A DNA stretch of 64,000 bases from Eledone cirrhosa (lineage: Eukaryota): positions 193,378,001-193,442,000 of the forward strand of contig OZ024740.1 in NCBI GenBank assembly GCA_964016885.1. The letters run 5' to 3'. Below, in pieces: positions 18,444 through 32,751 of the stretch (position 1 is its first letter; each line of letters opens with the position of its first letter). A program made the position numbers and the translations under genes. The notes beneath the pieces are model-generated. The model did not search any database. It was not told where the DNA came from and saw only the letters and a program-made list of their open reading frames with translations.

Positions 18444-19700
18444 TATAAATATATAAGAAAAATAGAGTGCGGCGTGGTTGCACATGGGTTACATTTGAAT
18501 AAAATTAGTCCATCATCAGTGATCTTCCAACCTTCATTGGTATTTCATCGCTTTAAAATTCACATACCTCTGGTTGGTGCGAGCAATAACTAAAAAAAGG
18601 TTATTTGGACAAGTAAAATAGCGTGAAGCGAGCGAGACATGTAAACAAACAAATATGGTATTGCAACAGAAAGATAGGAAGAGACAAGTACATGATATGT
18701 ATAAGCTTAAGCTTGGTGAATTTATGGACGAGAGATACAGACCATCCGACATGGGTGAGATGTGAGCGAGAAAAGCATTTCACGCAGGTCAAACGGGAGA
18801 GAAGTGAGAGAGCGGGAGAAGCAGAGAGTGAGTGAGTGGAAGTGTGAGGAAGAGGCCAGCCGAGAGAGAGTGTGACTGGCAGAGGGGGTAAAAAAGAAGG
18901 TGAGAGATACAGAGAGAGAGGGGAAGCAGTAAGTAAGATACAGTTAATCGCAGCTGAGGAAAAAATATAAATATAAGAAAAATGGAGTGCTTCGTGGTTG
19001 CACATGGGTTACATATGAATAAAATTAGTCCTTCATCAATTATCTTCCAACCTTCATTGGTATTACATCGCTTTAAAAATCATATACCACTGGTTGGTGC
19101 GAGCAATAATTAATAAAGTTATAGGGACAAGTAAAATAGCGTGAAGCGAGCGAAACATGTAAACCAACAAAGATGGTATTGCAACGGAAAGATAGGACGA
19201 GACAAGTACATGATATCTATAAGCTTAAGCTTGGTGAATTCATTGACGAGAGATACAGACCATCCGACATGGGTGTGATGTGAGCGAGAAAATGATTTCA
19301 AGCAGGCCAAACGGGAGAAGCAGAGAGTGAATGAGTGGGAGTGTGAGGAAGAGGCCAGCCGAGAGAGAGCGTGACTGGCAGAGGGGGTAAAAAGAAGGTG
19401 AGAGATACAGAGAGAGGGGAAGCAGTAAGAAAGATACAGTTAATCGCAGCTGAGGAAAAAATATAAATATAAGAAAAATGGAGTGCTGCGTGGTTGCAGA
19501 TGGGTTACATATGAATAAAATTAGTCCTTCATCAGTCATCTTCCAACCTTCATTGGTATTTCATCGCTTTAAAAATCATATACCACTGGTTGGTGCGAGC
19601 AATAACTAAATAAAGTTATAGGGACAAGTAAAATAGCGTGAAGCGATCGAGACATGTAAACAAACAAAGATGATATTGCAACGGCAAGATAGGAAGAGTA
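18440..19700 (-). repeat. ~500-530 bp tandem repeat, ~2.4 copies, flanked by (TA)n
   Basis: tataaatataagaaaaat.gagtgc..cgtggttgca recurs at ~18445, 18966, 19463. Confidence 0.85.
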
Positions 19701-19859
19701 TATATATATATATTATTAACATACTTTTGCTCATAGCCTCGTACTTACATGCATACAGTCTTTTACTCACATATACACACACATTTCTTCTTCGCTTCGT
19801 ACGGAGCTATAATTAGACACACAGACACACACACGCACAGACACAGACACACACACACA

Positions 19860-19900
<41 letters not shown>

Positions 19901-20024
19901 ATACACACACACATACACACACACACACATACACACACACACGCAAACACACACACACACAAACACATGCTTACGCACGTGCTCGTGTATAGCTCTAAAG
20001 CGGTTTTTTTTCCATTTCAGTTAG

Positions 20025-20310
20025 AGGCGCTCCATCATCCACTTTTCTCAAAAACAAATCATGCACAAAACGCCCGCACCAACAGTTTTGGAAAAGATGT
20101 CAACATGAATGGACCTGTTATTTTTATCTAAAGACGTTTTCCAATTCCATACCGCCCGTCCCCTCAATCTATTTTAGTTCTCATTCTTTCTGCTGGTGAA
20201 GGACTAGCGTCCGAAACGTTAAGACCCGCTTCCTGCTATATTAAGTGTTAATCTAATATATACCTTCCATACACTCTACCGAGTCTGTTGTTATTTCTGT
20301 TTACTTTTTA
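20025..20310 (+). mobile_element. Probable PLE pLTR fragment with degenerate HHR (20189-20224)
   Basis: CTGGTGA-A-GGAC-tagc-GTCC-GAAA-CG-TT. Confidence 0.5.
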
Positions 20311-20352
20311 CATATATATATATATTTTTTTTTTATGCATACATGTATACAC

Positions 20353-20541
<189 letters not shown>

Positions 20542-20629
20542 GAGTTTATGTTGTTTGTATACCAACACCTCAGTATGCAGGCTGCAGCACTCGATGAAGT
20601 GCGCAGGTTGGTTTGGTTACTCCGGGGTA

Positions 20630-21080
20630 ATATAAAATAAAGTTAAATAAAAAGTCAAATGATTAAAATTTAGCTTCGTTTATTACTGCTATATATATTT
20701 CAGTGACAGCCATCTTTGGCTATGACCTCTTCAGGCAGTTTGAATTAGTATGGTATAGACAAGTACATATGTTGTTGAGGTGTATAATGTAGTGAATACT
20801 CTGATATGCCCAGTTCCTGGTTGGGTTGTTATGTCACTGAGGAACTGGAATCATATGATTCCAGTTCCTCAGTGACATAACAACCCAACCAGGAACTGGA
20901 CATATCAGAGTATTGACAACATTATACACCTCAAAAACATATGTACTTGTCTATACCATACTAATTCAAACTGCCTGAAGAGGTCATAGCCAAAGATGGC
21001 TGTCACTGAAATATATATAGCAGTAATAAACGAAGCTAAATTTTAATCATTTGACTTTTTATTTAACTTTATTTTATATA
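20630..21080. mobile_element. Fold-back PLE pLTR (~225-bp arms, centre ~20854) with HHR in each arm
   Basis: Centre ggaatcat|atgattcc; HHR 20970-21024 ACTGC-CTGAAGA-..ATAGCCA aaga TGGCTGT..-GAAA-TATATA-TA-GCAGT. Confidence 0.82.
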
Positions 21081-21606
21081 TATATATATATATATGAATT
21101 ATGTATGTATATAATACTTCCCATTGTCTCATTGTTATTGACATATTACTTGCTATTGTTTGAACTCTAAACCATAACATTTTCATTTTGCCTGATAGTG
21201 TATATTTTTCTCTTAAGCGCATTTTAGCAGCTTTCAAAATTCTAGTGTATTTGCGTCCGGCGCATTTCTTCAGGAATGTCCCTGTTTTATATTCTTGTTT
21301 AACAAGTGATATGGTAATTGGAGTAGTGGGAACGCAAAGGTACTTTTGACACTATTTCTGAAAGCTTAACATTTCTTTTCTATTCTTGTTGTAATATTCA
21401 TTTGGTAACATGTATTTCGTTTTCTTTATTTCCTCTAACATTGCTCATTTGTTACGCCCAACAAAACGTCAATTGTTTAATGGGTAAATGTCAGTAGGGG
21501 TTAGAGGCGGGTTTTACTATCTTAAGTCTTTCATAGAAACAGTATCTCTCTCTATCTCTCTGACACTCTCTCATCACACATATATATATAGACATAAATA
21601 TAAATG

Positions 21607-21720
<114 letters not shown>

Positions 21721-22092
21721 TGTGTGTGTGTGTGTGCGTGAGTGTGTGCGTGTGTGTATGAAGTATTCGATTCGAATCCTCTAAACATGACGATACATGA
21801 GATGATTCTTTAAAACCTTTGTTTCAGAAATTTACTGCTATATGTAGATTAGTGTGCCTGAGACCACAAAAGTGTTATAAGCATCTTATATTATATAGTG
21901 TATTAACGTATAATATTCCAAGAAATATTCAAGACATTAACTCGAACAAATGATGATTTGACGTGCACCGAAATAGAAATTAGATCATATGAAATACTTT
22001 TACCTCAATATGAAATAGATTTGTAAAACATTAGTTACACAAATAGTTACGCATGCGCATATTTATCTCTCTCTTCCTCCGTCTTTTTCGAT

Positions 22093-22179
<87 letters not shown>

Positions 22180-22249
22180 GTGTGTGTTTGTGTGTGTGTG
22201 TGTGTGAAGCTACAGTAACTTCACATTACACTTCCTGGATATACATATG

Positions 22250-22328
<79 letters not shown>

Positions 22329-22580
22329 TAAAACATGTCTATAGATTCACCAGATAAAATATATACCATTTCCTCTCCCAATTAGCATAATTAACTATAT
22401 AAAAAATCGAATAGACCAGGCTATAAGAATAAGGCTTCTATGAAGAGATCTCCAACAAATAACCGAAACTAGCCCTTCGCGTCGGCTACGACGGAATATT
22501 TATCGAATATTTCGACAGCATAATCGCCCAGATAGTCAATTAAACAGAATTAGGTGTAAAATAAACTAGGAGAAAAGAGA

Positions 22581-22624
<44 letters not shown>

Positions 22625-22631
<7 letters not shown>

Positions 22632-23276
22632 ATATAGAGGGGAAAGACTCAGAAGAGTATGTTTTTCTTTACAGGAATTACAAACCACCAGCGTGAAGAG
22701 AAAATAAACTAATATCAAGTAAAATAACGGAGCAAAGGACTGATTAAACGGGAGTCCTCTGCTCCGTTATTTTACTTGATATGTGGTCCTTGCGCTCTCT
22801 CTCTGCTGTTGAACACCATAAATTGAATAGTATAGGCTGCCATCTCTAGCAGCTTGTTCTGTTCAGGCCACCGGTTACTGTCTCGCGAACGAATTTCCCT
22901 TGTATCTACACCTGCGAAAGATAGTTTACTTTAGTTCTCTCTCGTAGTGCGAACAATATCGGCCTTGCTCATGCTGATGAACAACAGGGCCGAATTGGAA
23001 CCCACTTAAATGGGGAAACATTCTCCTGGTGAGTTTGTACATGTGTGACTTAGAAATGAGGTTGGTTTCTCATTTTAATTTATATTCCTAATTTTAATGT
23101 GTTTCCTATGCCTCTATTAGCTTATATTCTCTTCACGCTGATGGTTTGAAATTCCTGTAATGAAAAACACACTCTTCTGTGTCTTTCCCCTCTATATATT
23201 GTATCTTAAAGTGCCCAGGAAAACTCTTTCCTTTAGCTCATTTAATTACAGGACTATACACGAGTCCTTTGCTCCG

Positions 23277-23278
<2 letters not shown>
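22625..23278. mobile_element. Inverted-repeat PLE-like terminus in (TA)n
   Basis: 22630-22712 is inverted to 23116-23200; internal hairpin 22712-22782; tail gagtcctttgctccgtta duplicated. Confidence 0.6.
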
Positions 23279-23331
<53 letters not shown>

Positions 23332-23407
23332 GAAGGAAATGTGGTATGGAACCAGGTGGACCATAACGCACCAAAGTACTCAATACTTAGGGTAGTAGAG
23401 TGGGTAA

Positions 23408-23526
23408 TAGGAACCAGTAAGACCCCGATGGCTGAGCTCAAGCGGTTTCGACGGCTAATTCTGGACCCTGAGTCCAGAATTAGCCGTCGAAATGGCTTGA
23501 GCTCAGCCGTCGGGGTCTTACTGGTT

Positions 23527-23530
<4 letters not shown>
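23408..23530. repeat. ~60-bp-arm near-perfect hairpin within a 200-bp insert in (TA)n
   Basis: taggaaccagtaagaccccga...tctggac cctga gtccaga...tcggggtcttactggttccta. Confidence 0.85.
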
Positions 23531-23584
<54 letters not shown>

Positions 23585-23769
23585 TATAGATATATATATA
23601 TAGATATATTAAAATAACAGATTCAAGTTTAAGCAAAGAATCGCTTTCACACTTAACGGGATCTTCTGAAACTAAAAAATCAATCTGTGAACGCAGAAGT
23701 AAATATTTTGAAAAGGTTGCAACCGAAGAAAGTCAGGACGACGATACTTTGGTTCGTAAAATCGTTTCA

Positions 23770-24160
23770 TGGTAAATAACGAAAGAAACAAAGATAATAT
23801 GTCATTATTTGGAGCGAGAAAACAATTACACGCAAAGACAAAACCACGTTTATGGTATAAATGAAGTCGTAGACTAATATTCGATTAGATGGTTCGTGGA
23901 GACTTTCTCTGGCAATGAACGGAAACAACGAAGATAATACGTCATTACGTGGAACGTGAGGACAATTACACGCAAAAAACCCCCACGTTTATGGTATAAC
24001 TGGTATCGTAGACTAATATTCTATTAGGTGGTTCGTGGAGACGTTCTCTGGCAATGAACGGAAAAAAACGAAGATAATACATCATTACGTGGAGCGTTGA
24101 GAACAATTACACGCAAAGACAAAACCACGTTTATGGTATAACTGAAGTAGTAGACTAAAA
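23770..24160. repeat. ~139-bp minisatellite, about 3 diverged copies
   Basis: acaattacacgcaaa..ccacgtttatggtataa recurs at ~23822, 23962, 24103. Confidence 0.8.
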
Positions 24161-24743
24161 TAACCGAATGATTCTTGGCTTCAGAGTTAAGAATAAAGTA
24201 TATAAATTTCAGAGGTAATTGAAATCAACAAAAATAGAATATATACATGCATGCATCCATATGCGTACATACGTACATACACATGCATACGCGAAAACAC
24301 CCGCCATGGGTATGCAAATAAAAGGACGTACACAAAAAAACACGCACGCACATACAGAACCCACGCAACGCCTGTACCCACACACATACGAACGTAAACA
24401 CCAAATACACATAATAATATAAATAAATATATATATATGTATATATATGTGTGTGTGTGTCTGTTCGTGTGTGCATATAATTATATAAACGTATATAAAT
24501 ATTCACACATAAATACGTATATAACGCGCGCACACACATACCCACATGTAAATATACATATATATGTATATATATATATTTAAATATAAATTAGCGAGAA
24601 TCGTATTTCGGCTATTGGAAATTAGCGAAAAACAACTTCCGAGATGTGTGGCAAGCGCTCAATAAATTCTAACGAACCAGAGCTACGATATACGATGATG
24701 AATTTTTAAATATAAGGAACTTGTTCTTTGTTTTTTATTAATA

Positions 24744-24778
<35 letters not shown>

Positions 24779-25731
24779 TTCGTTTCTGAATTTGTTTACC
24801 AGGATTCTTTATTGGCAACATGACCCTCCCAAAGTATAACAATATATATATATATATATACATATATATTAATAAAAACAATGAATAAAAACAAAGAACA
24901 AGTTCCTTATATTTAAAAATTCATCATTTTACGATAGTTTCTAGGATATATATGTGTGTGTTGGTATGTATATCATATAGATCCATGTAAAAATATTACA
25001 AACAATCAGAGTAAATATACATACTTTCACATATATATGCTGTCTTCAGAAATAATATATAAGATAAGTTTATCCCGGGTTCAATCGGGGGTAACCATAG
25101 TAAGGTACACGATACAAAGCGGAGTATAAATATGTGAGTACTCAATGTTTAGGTTCACGTCTGTAGCGATGTATAGAGCTAGACAGAGTGTAATAAAACA
25201 GTACAAGGACAAATTGTTACTCCTTCATTACGTTTAATGATTGGTAACGTGCGTTTCGCTATTGATGAGCTCAAGTTTCGATCTGTAACGATCTACCCGG
25301 TACTGGAATGAAATCTCGACGGACCTCTGTTCTAGTAATGTCAGAATGAATATACATGGCATATAAAAAGTCTAACGTTCTTATGTTGGTGTGTTTATGT
25401 TGTTTGGTGGGTTAATTATGGGGAATGTTTTTTTTCCTTGCGGGGTATTGTGATTTGGCTTGCCCTAGACATGTCGGTGTGTACGTAGTGAGGTTCTGTG
25501 CGTGGTGTAGATGTGGTAGATCTGTGCGTGATATAATATGAAAGACTACGGTGTTTTACTAAGGGTAGGGGGTAGGATGGCCTGTTTAGTCATTGTTAAA
25601 GGGGACATGCGCTATAAAGAATTAATGATGTGATGGTAGTCGTACGAGATTAGTGTATGAAAATATATATGAAAATATATATTAAGGGTGAAAGCAGCGA
25701 TTCTTTGCTTAAACTTTAATCTGTTATTTTA

Positions 25732-25787
<56 letters not shown>

Positions 25788-25791
<4 letters not shown>

Positions 25792-28700
25792 ACAAATGAC
25801 GAAACAAAATTAAATTTCGTTTCGTTTGTAACTCACTTTTGTATGACTGACGCTTAAACAATTAAGTTAAAAATTACATCTACATATGCATACTGAAATA
25901 CTAGTGTGTATATGAATACACACACGTATACATATGTATATGTAACAAGTCTTTCACTGGTTGCTTTACTGTGAGCACCCAGCTATTCTGTATGTAAACA
26001 CACAGACAAACCAGTTTTTAGAGTCATACAGGTTTTTGAGGGAACACCTTCCCTCTATTCTCCAGAAAGCCAGACAAGGAATATTGAACTAGTTTCGTTG
26101 TTGTTACAACTCATCAGCAATATTTACCTATCTACCGGCCTTTCTGGAGAATTGTAAAAGCACATATCGTTATATGCTTTTTCTATGAAAATTAGTAGTG
26201 GGCAGACTAATTTGCATAGAGTGTGAGTACGCACCGGTTCAGCGGAGACGATAAAAACAAATGACGAAACGAAATTAAATTTCGTTTCGTTTGTAACTCA
26301 CTTTTGTATGACTGACGCTTAAACAATTAAGTTAAAAATTACATCTACATATGCATACTGAAATACTAGTGTGTATATGAATACACACACGTATACATGT
26401 GTATATGTAACAAGTCTTTCACCGGTTGCTTTACTGTGAGCACCCAGCTATTCTGTATGTAAACACACAGACAAACCGGTTTTTAGAGTCATACTGGTTT
26501 TTGAGGGAACACCTTCCCTCTATTCTCCAGAAAGCCAGACAAGGAATATTGAACTAGTTTCGTTGATGTTACAACTCATCAGCAATATTTACCTATCTAC
26601 CGGCCTTTCTGGAGAATTGTAAAAGCACATATCGTTATATGCTTTTTCTATGAAAATTAGTAGTGGGCAGACTAATTTGCATAGAGTGTGAGTACGCACC
26701 GGTTCAGCGGAGACGATAAAAACAAATGACGAAAGGAAATTAAATTTCGTTTCGTTTGTAACTCACTTTTGTATGACTGACGCTTAAACAATTAAGTTAA
26801 AAATTACATCTACATATGCATACTGAAATACTAGTGTGTATATGAATAAACACACGTATACATATGTATATGTAACAAGTCTTTCACTGGTTGCTTTACT
26901 GTGAGCACCCAGCTATTCTGTATGTAAACACACAGACAAACCGGTTTTTAGAGTCATACTGGTTTTTGAGGGAACACCTTCCCTCTATTCTCCAGAAAGC
27001 CAGACAAGGAATATTGAACTAGTTTCGTTGTTGTTACAACTCATCAGCAATATTTACCTATCTACCGGCCTTTCTGGAGAATTGTAAAAGCACATATCGT
27101 TATATGCTTTTTCTATGAAAATTAGTAGTGGGCAGACTAATTTGCATAGAGTGTGAGTACGCACCGGTTCAGCGGAGACGATAAAAACAAATGACGAAAG
27201 GAAATTAAATTTCGTTTCGTTTGTAACTCACTTTTGTATGACTGACGCTTAAACAATTAAGTTAAAAAATTACATGTACATATGCATACTGAAATACTAG
27301 TGTGTATATGAATACACACACGTATACATATGTATATGTAACAAGTCTTTCACTGGTTGCTTTACTGTGAGCACCCAGCTATTCTGTATGTAAACACACA
27401 GACAAACCGGTGTTTAGAGTCATACTGGTTTTTGAGGGAACACCTTCCCTCTATTCTCCAGAAAGCCAGACAAGGAATATTGAACTAGTTTCGTTGTTGT
27501 TACAACTCATCAGCAATATTTACCTATCTACCGGCCTTTCTGGAGAATTGTAAAAGCACATATCGTTATATGCTTTTTCTATGAAAATTAGTAGTGGGCA
27601 GACTAATTTGCATAGAGTGTGAGTACGCACCGGTTCAGCGGAGACGATAAAAACAAATGACGAAAGGAAATTAAATTTCGTTTCGTTTGTAACTCACTTT
27701 TGTATGACTGACGCTTAAACAATTAAGTTAAAAATTACATCTACATATGCATACTGAAATACTAGTGTGTATATGAATACACACACGTATACATATGTAT
27801 ATGTAACAAGTCTTTCACTGGTTGCTTTACTGTGAGCACCCAGCTATTCTGTATGTAAACACACAGACAAACCGGTTTTTAGAGTCATACTGGTTTTTGA
27901 GGGAACACCTTCCCTCTATTCACCAGAAAGCCAGACAAGGAATATTGAACTAGTTTCGTTGTTGTTACAACTCATCAGCAATATTTACCTATCTACCAGC
28001 CTTTCTGGAGAATTGTAAAAGCACATATCGTTATATGCTTTTTCTATGAAAATTAGTAGTGGGCAGACTAATTTGCATAGAGTGTGAGTACGCACCGGTT
28101 CAGCGGAGACGATAAAAACAAATGACGAAACGAAATTAAATTTCGTTTCGTTTGTAATTCACTTTTGTATGACTGACGCTTAAACAATTAAGTTAAAAAT
28201 TACATCTACATATGCATACTGAAATACTAGTGTGTATATGAATACACACACGTATACATATGTATATGTAACAAGTCTTTCACTGGTTGCTTTACTGTGA
28301 GCACCCAGCTATTCTGTATGTAAACACACAGACAAACCGGTTTTTAGAGTCATACTGGTTTTTGAGGGAACACCTTCCCTCTATTCTACAGAAAGCCAGA
28401 CAAGGAATATTGAACTAGTTTCGTTGTTGTTACAACTCATCAGCAATATTTACCTATCTACCGGCCTTTCTGGAGAATTGTAAAAGCACATATCGTTATA
28501 TGCTTTTTCTATGAAAATTAGTAGTGGTCAGACTAATTTGCATAGAGTGTGAGTACGCACCGGTTCAGCGGAGACGATAAAAACAAATGACGAAACGAAA
28601 TTAAATTTCGTTTCGTTTGTAACTCACTTTTGTATGACTGACGCTTAAACAATTAAGTTAAAAAATTACATCTACATATGCATACTGAAATACTAGTGTG

Positions 28701-31700
28701 TATATGAATACACACACGTATACATATGTATATGTAACAAGTCTTTCACTGGTTGCTTTACTGTGAGCACCCAGCTATTCTGTATGTAAACACACAGACA
28801 AACCGGTTTTTGGAGTCATACTGGTTTTAGAGGGAACACCTTCCCTCTATTTTCAGAGAGCCAGACACGGAATATTGAACTAGTTTCGTTGTTGTTACAA
28901 CTCATCAGCAATATTTACCTATCTACCGGCCTTTCTGAAGAATTGTAAAAGCACATATCGTTATATGCTTTTTCTATGAAAATTAGTAGTGGGCAGACTA
29001 ATTTGCATAGAGTGTGAGTACGCACCGGTTCAGCGGAGACGATAAAAACAAATGACGAAACGAAATTAAATTTCGTTTCGTTTGTAAATCACTTTTGTAT
29101 GACTGACGCTTAAACAATTAAGTTAAAAAATTACATCTACATATGCATACTGAAATACTAGTGTGTATATGAATACACACACGTATACATATGTATATGT
29201 AACAAGTCTTTCACTGGTTGCTTTACTGTGAGCACCCAGCTATTCTGTATGTAAACACACAGACAAACCGGTTTTTAGAGTCATACTGGTTTTTGAGGGA
29301 ACACCTTCCCTCTATTCCCCAGAAAGCCAGACAAGGAATATTGAACTAGTTTCGTTGTTGTTACAACTCATCAGCAATATTTACCTATCTACCGGCCTTT
29401 CTGGAGACATGTAAAAGCACATATCGTTATATGCTTTTTCTATGAAAATTAGTAATGGGCAGACTAATTTGCATAGAGTGTGAGTACGCACCGGTTCAGC
29501 GGAGACGATAAAAACAAATGACGAAACGAAATTAAATTTCGTTTCGTTTGTAACTCACTTTTGTATGACTGACGCTTAAACAATTAAGTTAAAAATTACA
29601 TCTACATATGCATACTGAAATACTAGTGTGTATATGAATACACACACGTATACATATGTATATGTAACAAGTCTTTCACTGGTTGCTTTACTGTGAGCAC
29701 CCAGCTATTCTGTATGTAAACACACAGACAAACCGGTTTTTAGAGTCATACAGGTTTTTGAGGGAACACCTTCCCTCTATTCTCCAGAAAGCCAGACAAG
29801 GAATATTGAACTAGTTTCGTTGTTGTTACAACTCATCAGCAATATTTACCTATCTACCGGCCTTTCTGGAGAATTGTAAAAGCACATATCGTTATATGCT
29901 TTTTCTATGAAAATTAGTAGTGGGCAGACTAATTTGCATAGAGTGTGAGTACGCACCGGTTCAGCGGAGACGATAAAACCAAATGACGAAACGAAATTAA
30001 ATTTCGTTTCGTTTGTAACTCACTTTTGTATGACTGACGCTTAAACAATTAAGTTAAAAATTACATCTACATATGCATACTGAAATACTAGTGTGTATAT
30101 GAATACACACACGTATACATATGTATATGTAACAAGTCTTTCACTGGTTGCTTTACTGTGAGCACCCAGCTATTCTGTATGTAAACACACAGACAAACCG
30201 GTTTTTAGAGTCATACTGGTTTTTGAGGGAACACCTTCCCTCTATTCTCCAGAAAGCCAGACAAGGAATATTGAACTAGTTTCGTTGTTGTTACAACTCA
30301 TCAGCAATATTTACCTATCTACCAGCCTTTCTGGAGAATTGTAAAAGCACATATCGTTATATGCTTTTTCTATGAAAATTAGTAGTGGGCAGACTAATTT
30401 GCATAGAGTGTGAGTACGCACCGGTTCAGCGGAGACGATAAAAACAAATGACGAAAGGAAATTAAATTTCGTTTCGTTTGTAACTCACTTTTGTATGACT
30501 GACGCTTAAACAATTAAGTTAAAAATTACATCTACATATGCATACTGAAATACTAGTGTGTATATGAATACACACACGTATACATATGTATATGTAACAA
30601 GTCTTTCACTGGCTGCTTTACTGTGAGCACCTAGCTATTCTGTATGTAAACACACAGACAAACCGGTTTTTAGAGTCATACTGGTTTTTGAGGGAACACC
30701 TTCCCTCTATTCTCCAGAAAGCCAGACAAGGAATATTGAACTAGTTTCGTTGCTGTTACAACTCATCAGCAATATTTACCTATCTACCGGCCTTTCTGGA
30801 GAATTGTAAAAGCACATATCGTTATATGCTTTTTCTATGAAAATTAGTAGTGGGCAGACTAATTTGCATAGAGTGTGAGTACGCACCGGTTCAGCGGAGA
30901 CGATAAAAACAAATGACGAAAGGAAATTAAATTTCGTTTCGTTTGTAACTCACTTTTGTATGACTGACGCTTAAACAATTAAGTTAAAAAATTACATCTA
31001 CATATGCACACTGAAATACTAGTGTGTATATGAATACACACACGTATACATATGTATATGTAACAAGTCTTTCACTGGTTGCTTTACTGTGAGCACCCAG
31101 CTATTCTGTATGTAAACACACAGACAAACCGGTTTTTATAGTCATACTGGTTTTTGAGGGAACACCTTCCCTCTATTCTCCAGAAAGCCAGACACGGAAT
31201 ATTGAACTAGTTTCGTTGTTGTTACAACTCATCAGCAATATTTACCTATCTACCGGCCTTTCTGGAGAATTGTAAAAGCACATATCGTTATATGCTTTTT
31301 CTATGAAAATTAGTAGTGGGCAGACTAATTTGCATAGAGTGTGAGTACGCACCGGTTCAGCGGAGACGATAAAAACAAATGACGAAACGAAATTAAATTT
31401 CGTTTCGTTTGTAACTCACTTTTGTATGACTGACGCTTAAACAATTAAGTTAAAAAATTACATCTACATATGCATACTGAAATACTAGTGTGTATATGAA
31501 TACACACACGTATACATATGTATATGTAACAAGTCTTTCACTGGTTGCTTTACTGTGAGCACCCAGCTATTCTGTATGTAAACACACAGACAAACCGATT
31601 TTTAGAGTCATACTGGTTTTTGAGGGAACACCTTCCCTCTATTCTCCAGAAAGCCAGACAAGGAATATTGAACTAGTTTCGTTGTTGTTACAACTCATCA

Positions 31701-32751
31701 GCAATATTTACCTATCTACCGGCCTTTCTGGAGAATTGTAAAAGCACATATCGTTATATGCTCTTTCTATGAAAATTAGTAGTGGGCAGACTAATTTGCA
31801 TAGAGTGTGAGTACGCACCGGTTCAGCGGAGACGATAAAAACAAATGACGAAACGAAATTAAATTTCGTTTCGTTTGTAACTCACTTTTGTATGACTGAC
31901 GCTTAAACAATTAAGTTAAAAATTACATCTACATATGCATACTGAAATACTAGTGTGTATATGAATACACACACGTATACATATGTATATGTAACAAGTC
32001 TTTCACTGGTTGCTTTACTGTGAGCACCCAGCTATTCTGTATGTAAACACACAGACAAACCGGTTTTTAGAGTCATACTGGTTTTTGAGGGAACACCTTC
32101 CCTCTATTCTCCAGAAAGCCAGACAAGGAATATTGAACTAGTTTCGTTGTTGTTACAACTCATCAGCAATATGTACCTATCTACCGGCCTTTCTGGAGAA
32201 TTGTAAAAGCACATATCGTTATATGCTTTTTCTATGAAAATTAGTAGTGGGCAGACTAATTTGCATAGAGTGTGAGTACGCACCGGTTCAGCGGAGACGA
32301 TAAAAACAAATGACGAAACGAAATTAAATTTCGTTTCGTTTGTAACTCACTTTTGTATGACTGACGCTTAAACAATTATGTTAAAACATTACATCTACAT
32401 ATGCATACTGAAATACTAGTGTGTATATGAATACACACACGTATACATATGTATATGTAACAAGTCTTTCACTGGTTGCTTTACTGTGAGCACCCAGTTA
32501 TTCTGTATGTAAACACACAGACAAACCGGTTTTTAGAGTCATACTGGTTTTTGAGGGAACACCTTCCCTCTATTCTTCAGAAAGCCAGACAAGGAATATT
32601 GAACTAGTTTCGTTGTTGTTACAACTCATCAGCAATATTTACCTATCTACCGGCCTTTCTGGAGAATTGTAAAAGCACATATCGTTATATGCTTTTTCTA
32701 TGAAAATTAGTAGTGGGCAGACTAATTTGCATAGAGTGTGAGTACGCACCG
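25788..32751 (-). mobile_element. HHR tandem array family A (retrozyme-like): 15 near-identical units of 465-466 bp
   Basis: Unit starts at 25788, 26253, 26718, 27183, 27649, 28114, 28579, 29044, 29510, 29975, 30440, 30905, 31371, 31837, 32302; one HHR per unit; no ORFs; begins in (TA)n. Confidence 0.92.
26080..26124 (-). ncRNA. Type I hammerhead ribozyme (first of 15 copies, one per unit)
   Basis: Minus AATATTG-CTGATGA-GTTG-taacaa-CAAC-GAAA-CTAG-TT-CAATATT: intact core, 7-bp stem I, 4-bp stem II, palindromic ACTAGT stem III. Confidence 0.9.

Noticed and set aside
22420-23060. HHR-like fragments at ~22440, ~22974 and ~23025
   Set aside because: Core or stems too incomplete to call.
26205-26220. 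Octamer ATTTGCAT conserved in families A, B and C as an snRNA-type promoter element
   Set aside because: It lies in a hairpin arm (ctatgaaaattag/ctaatttgcatag) and no PSE or TATA could be identified, so conservation may be structural; not supportable as a promoter.
25788-32751. CRISPR array or centromeric satellite interpretation
   Set aside because: No unique spacers and eukaryotic context; the HHR, covariation and dispersed short arrays favour a retro-mobilised RNA element, although later DNA-level expansion is not excluded.
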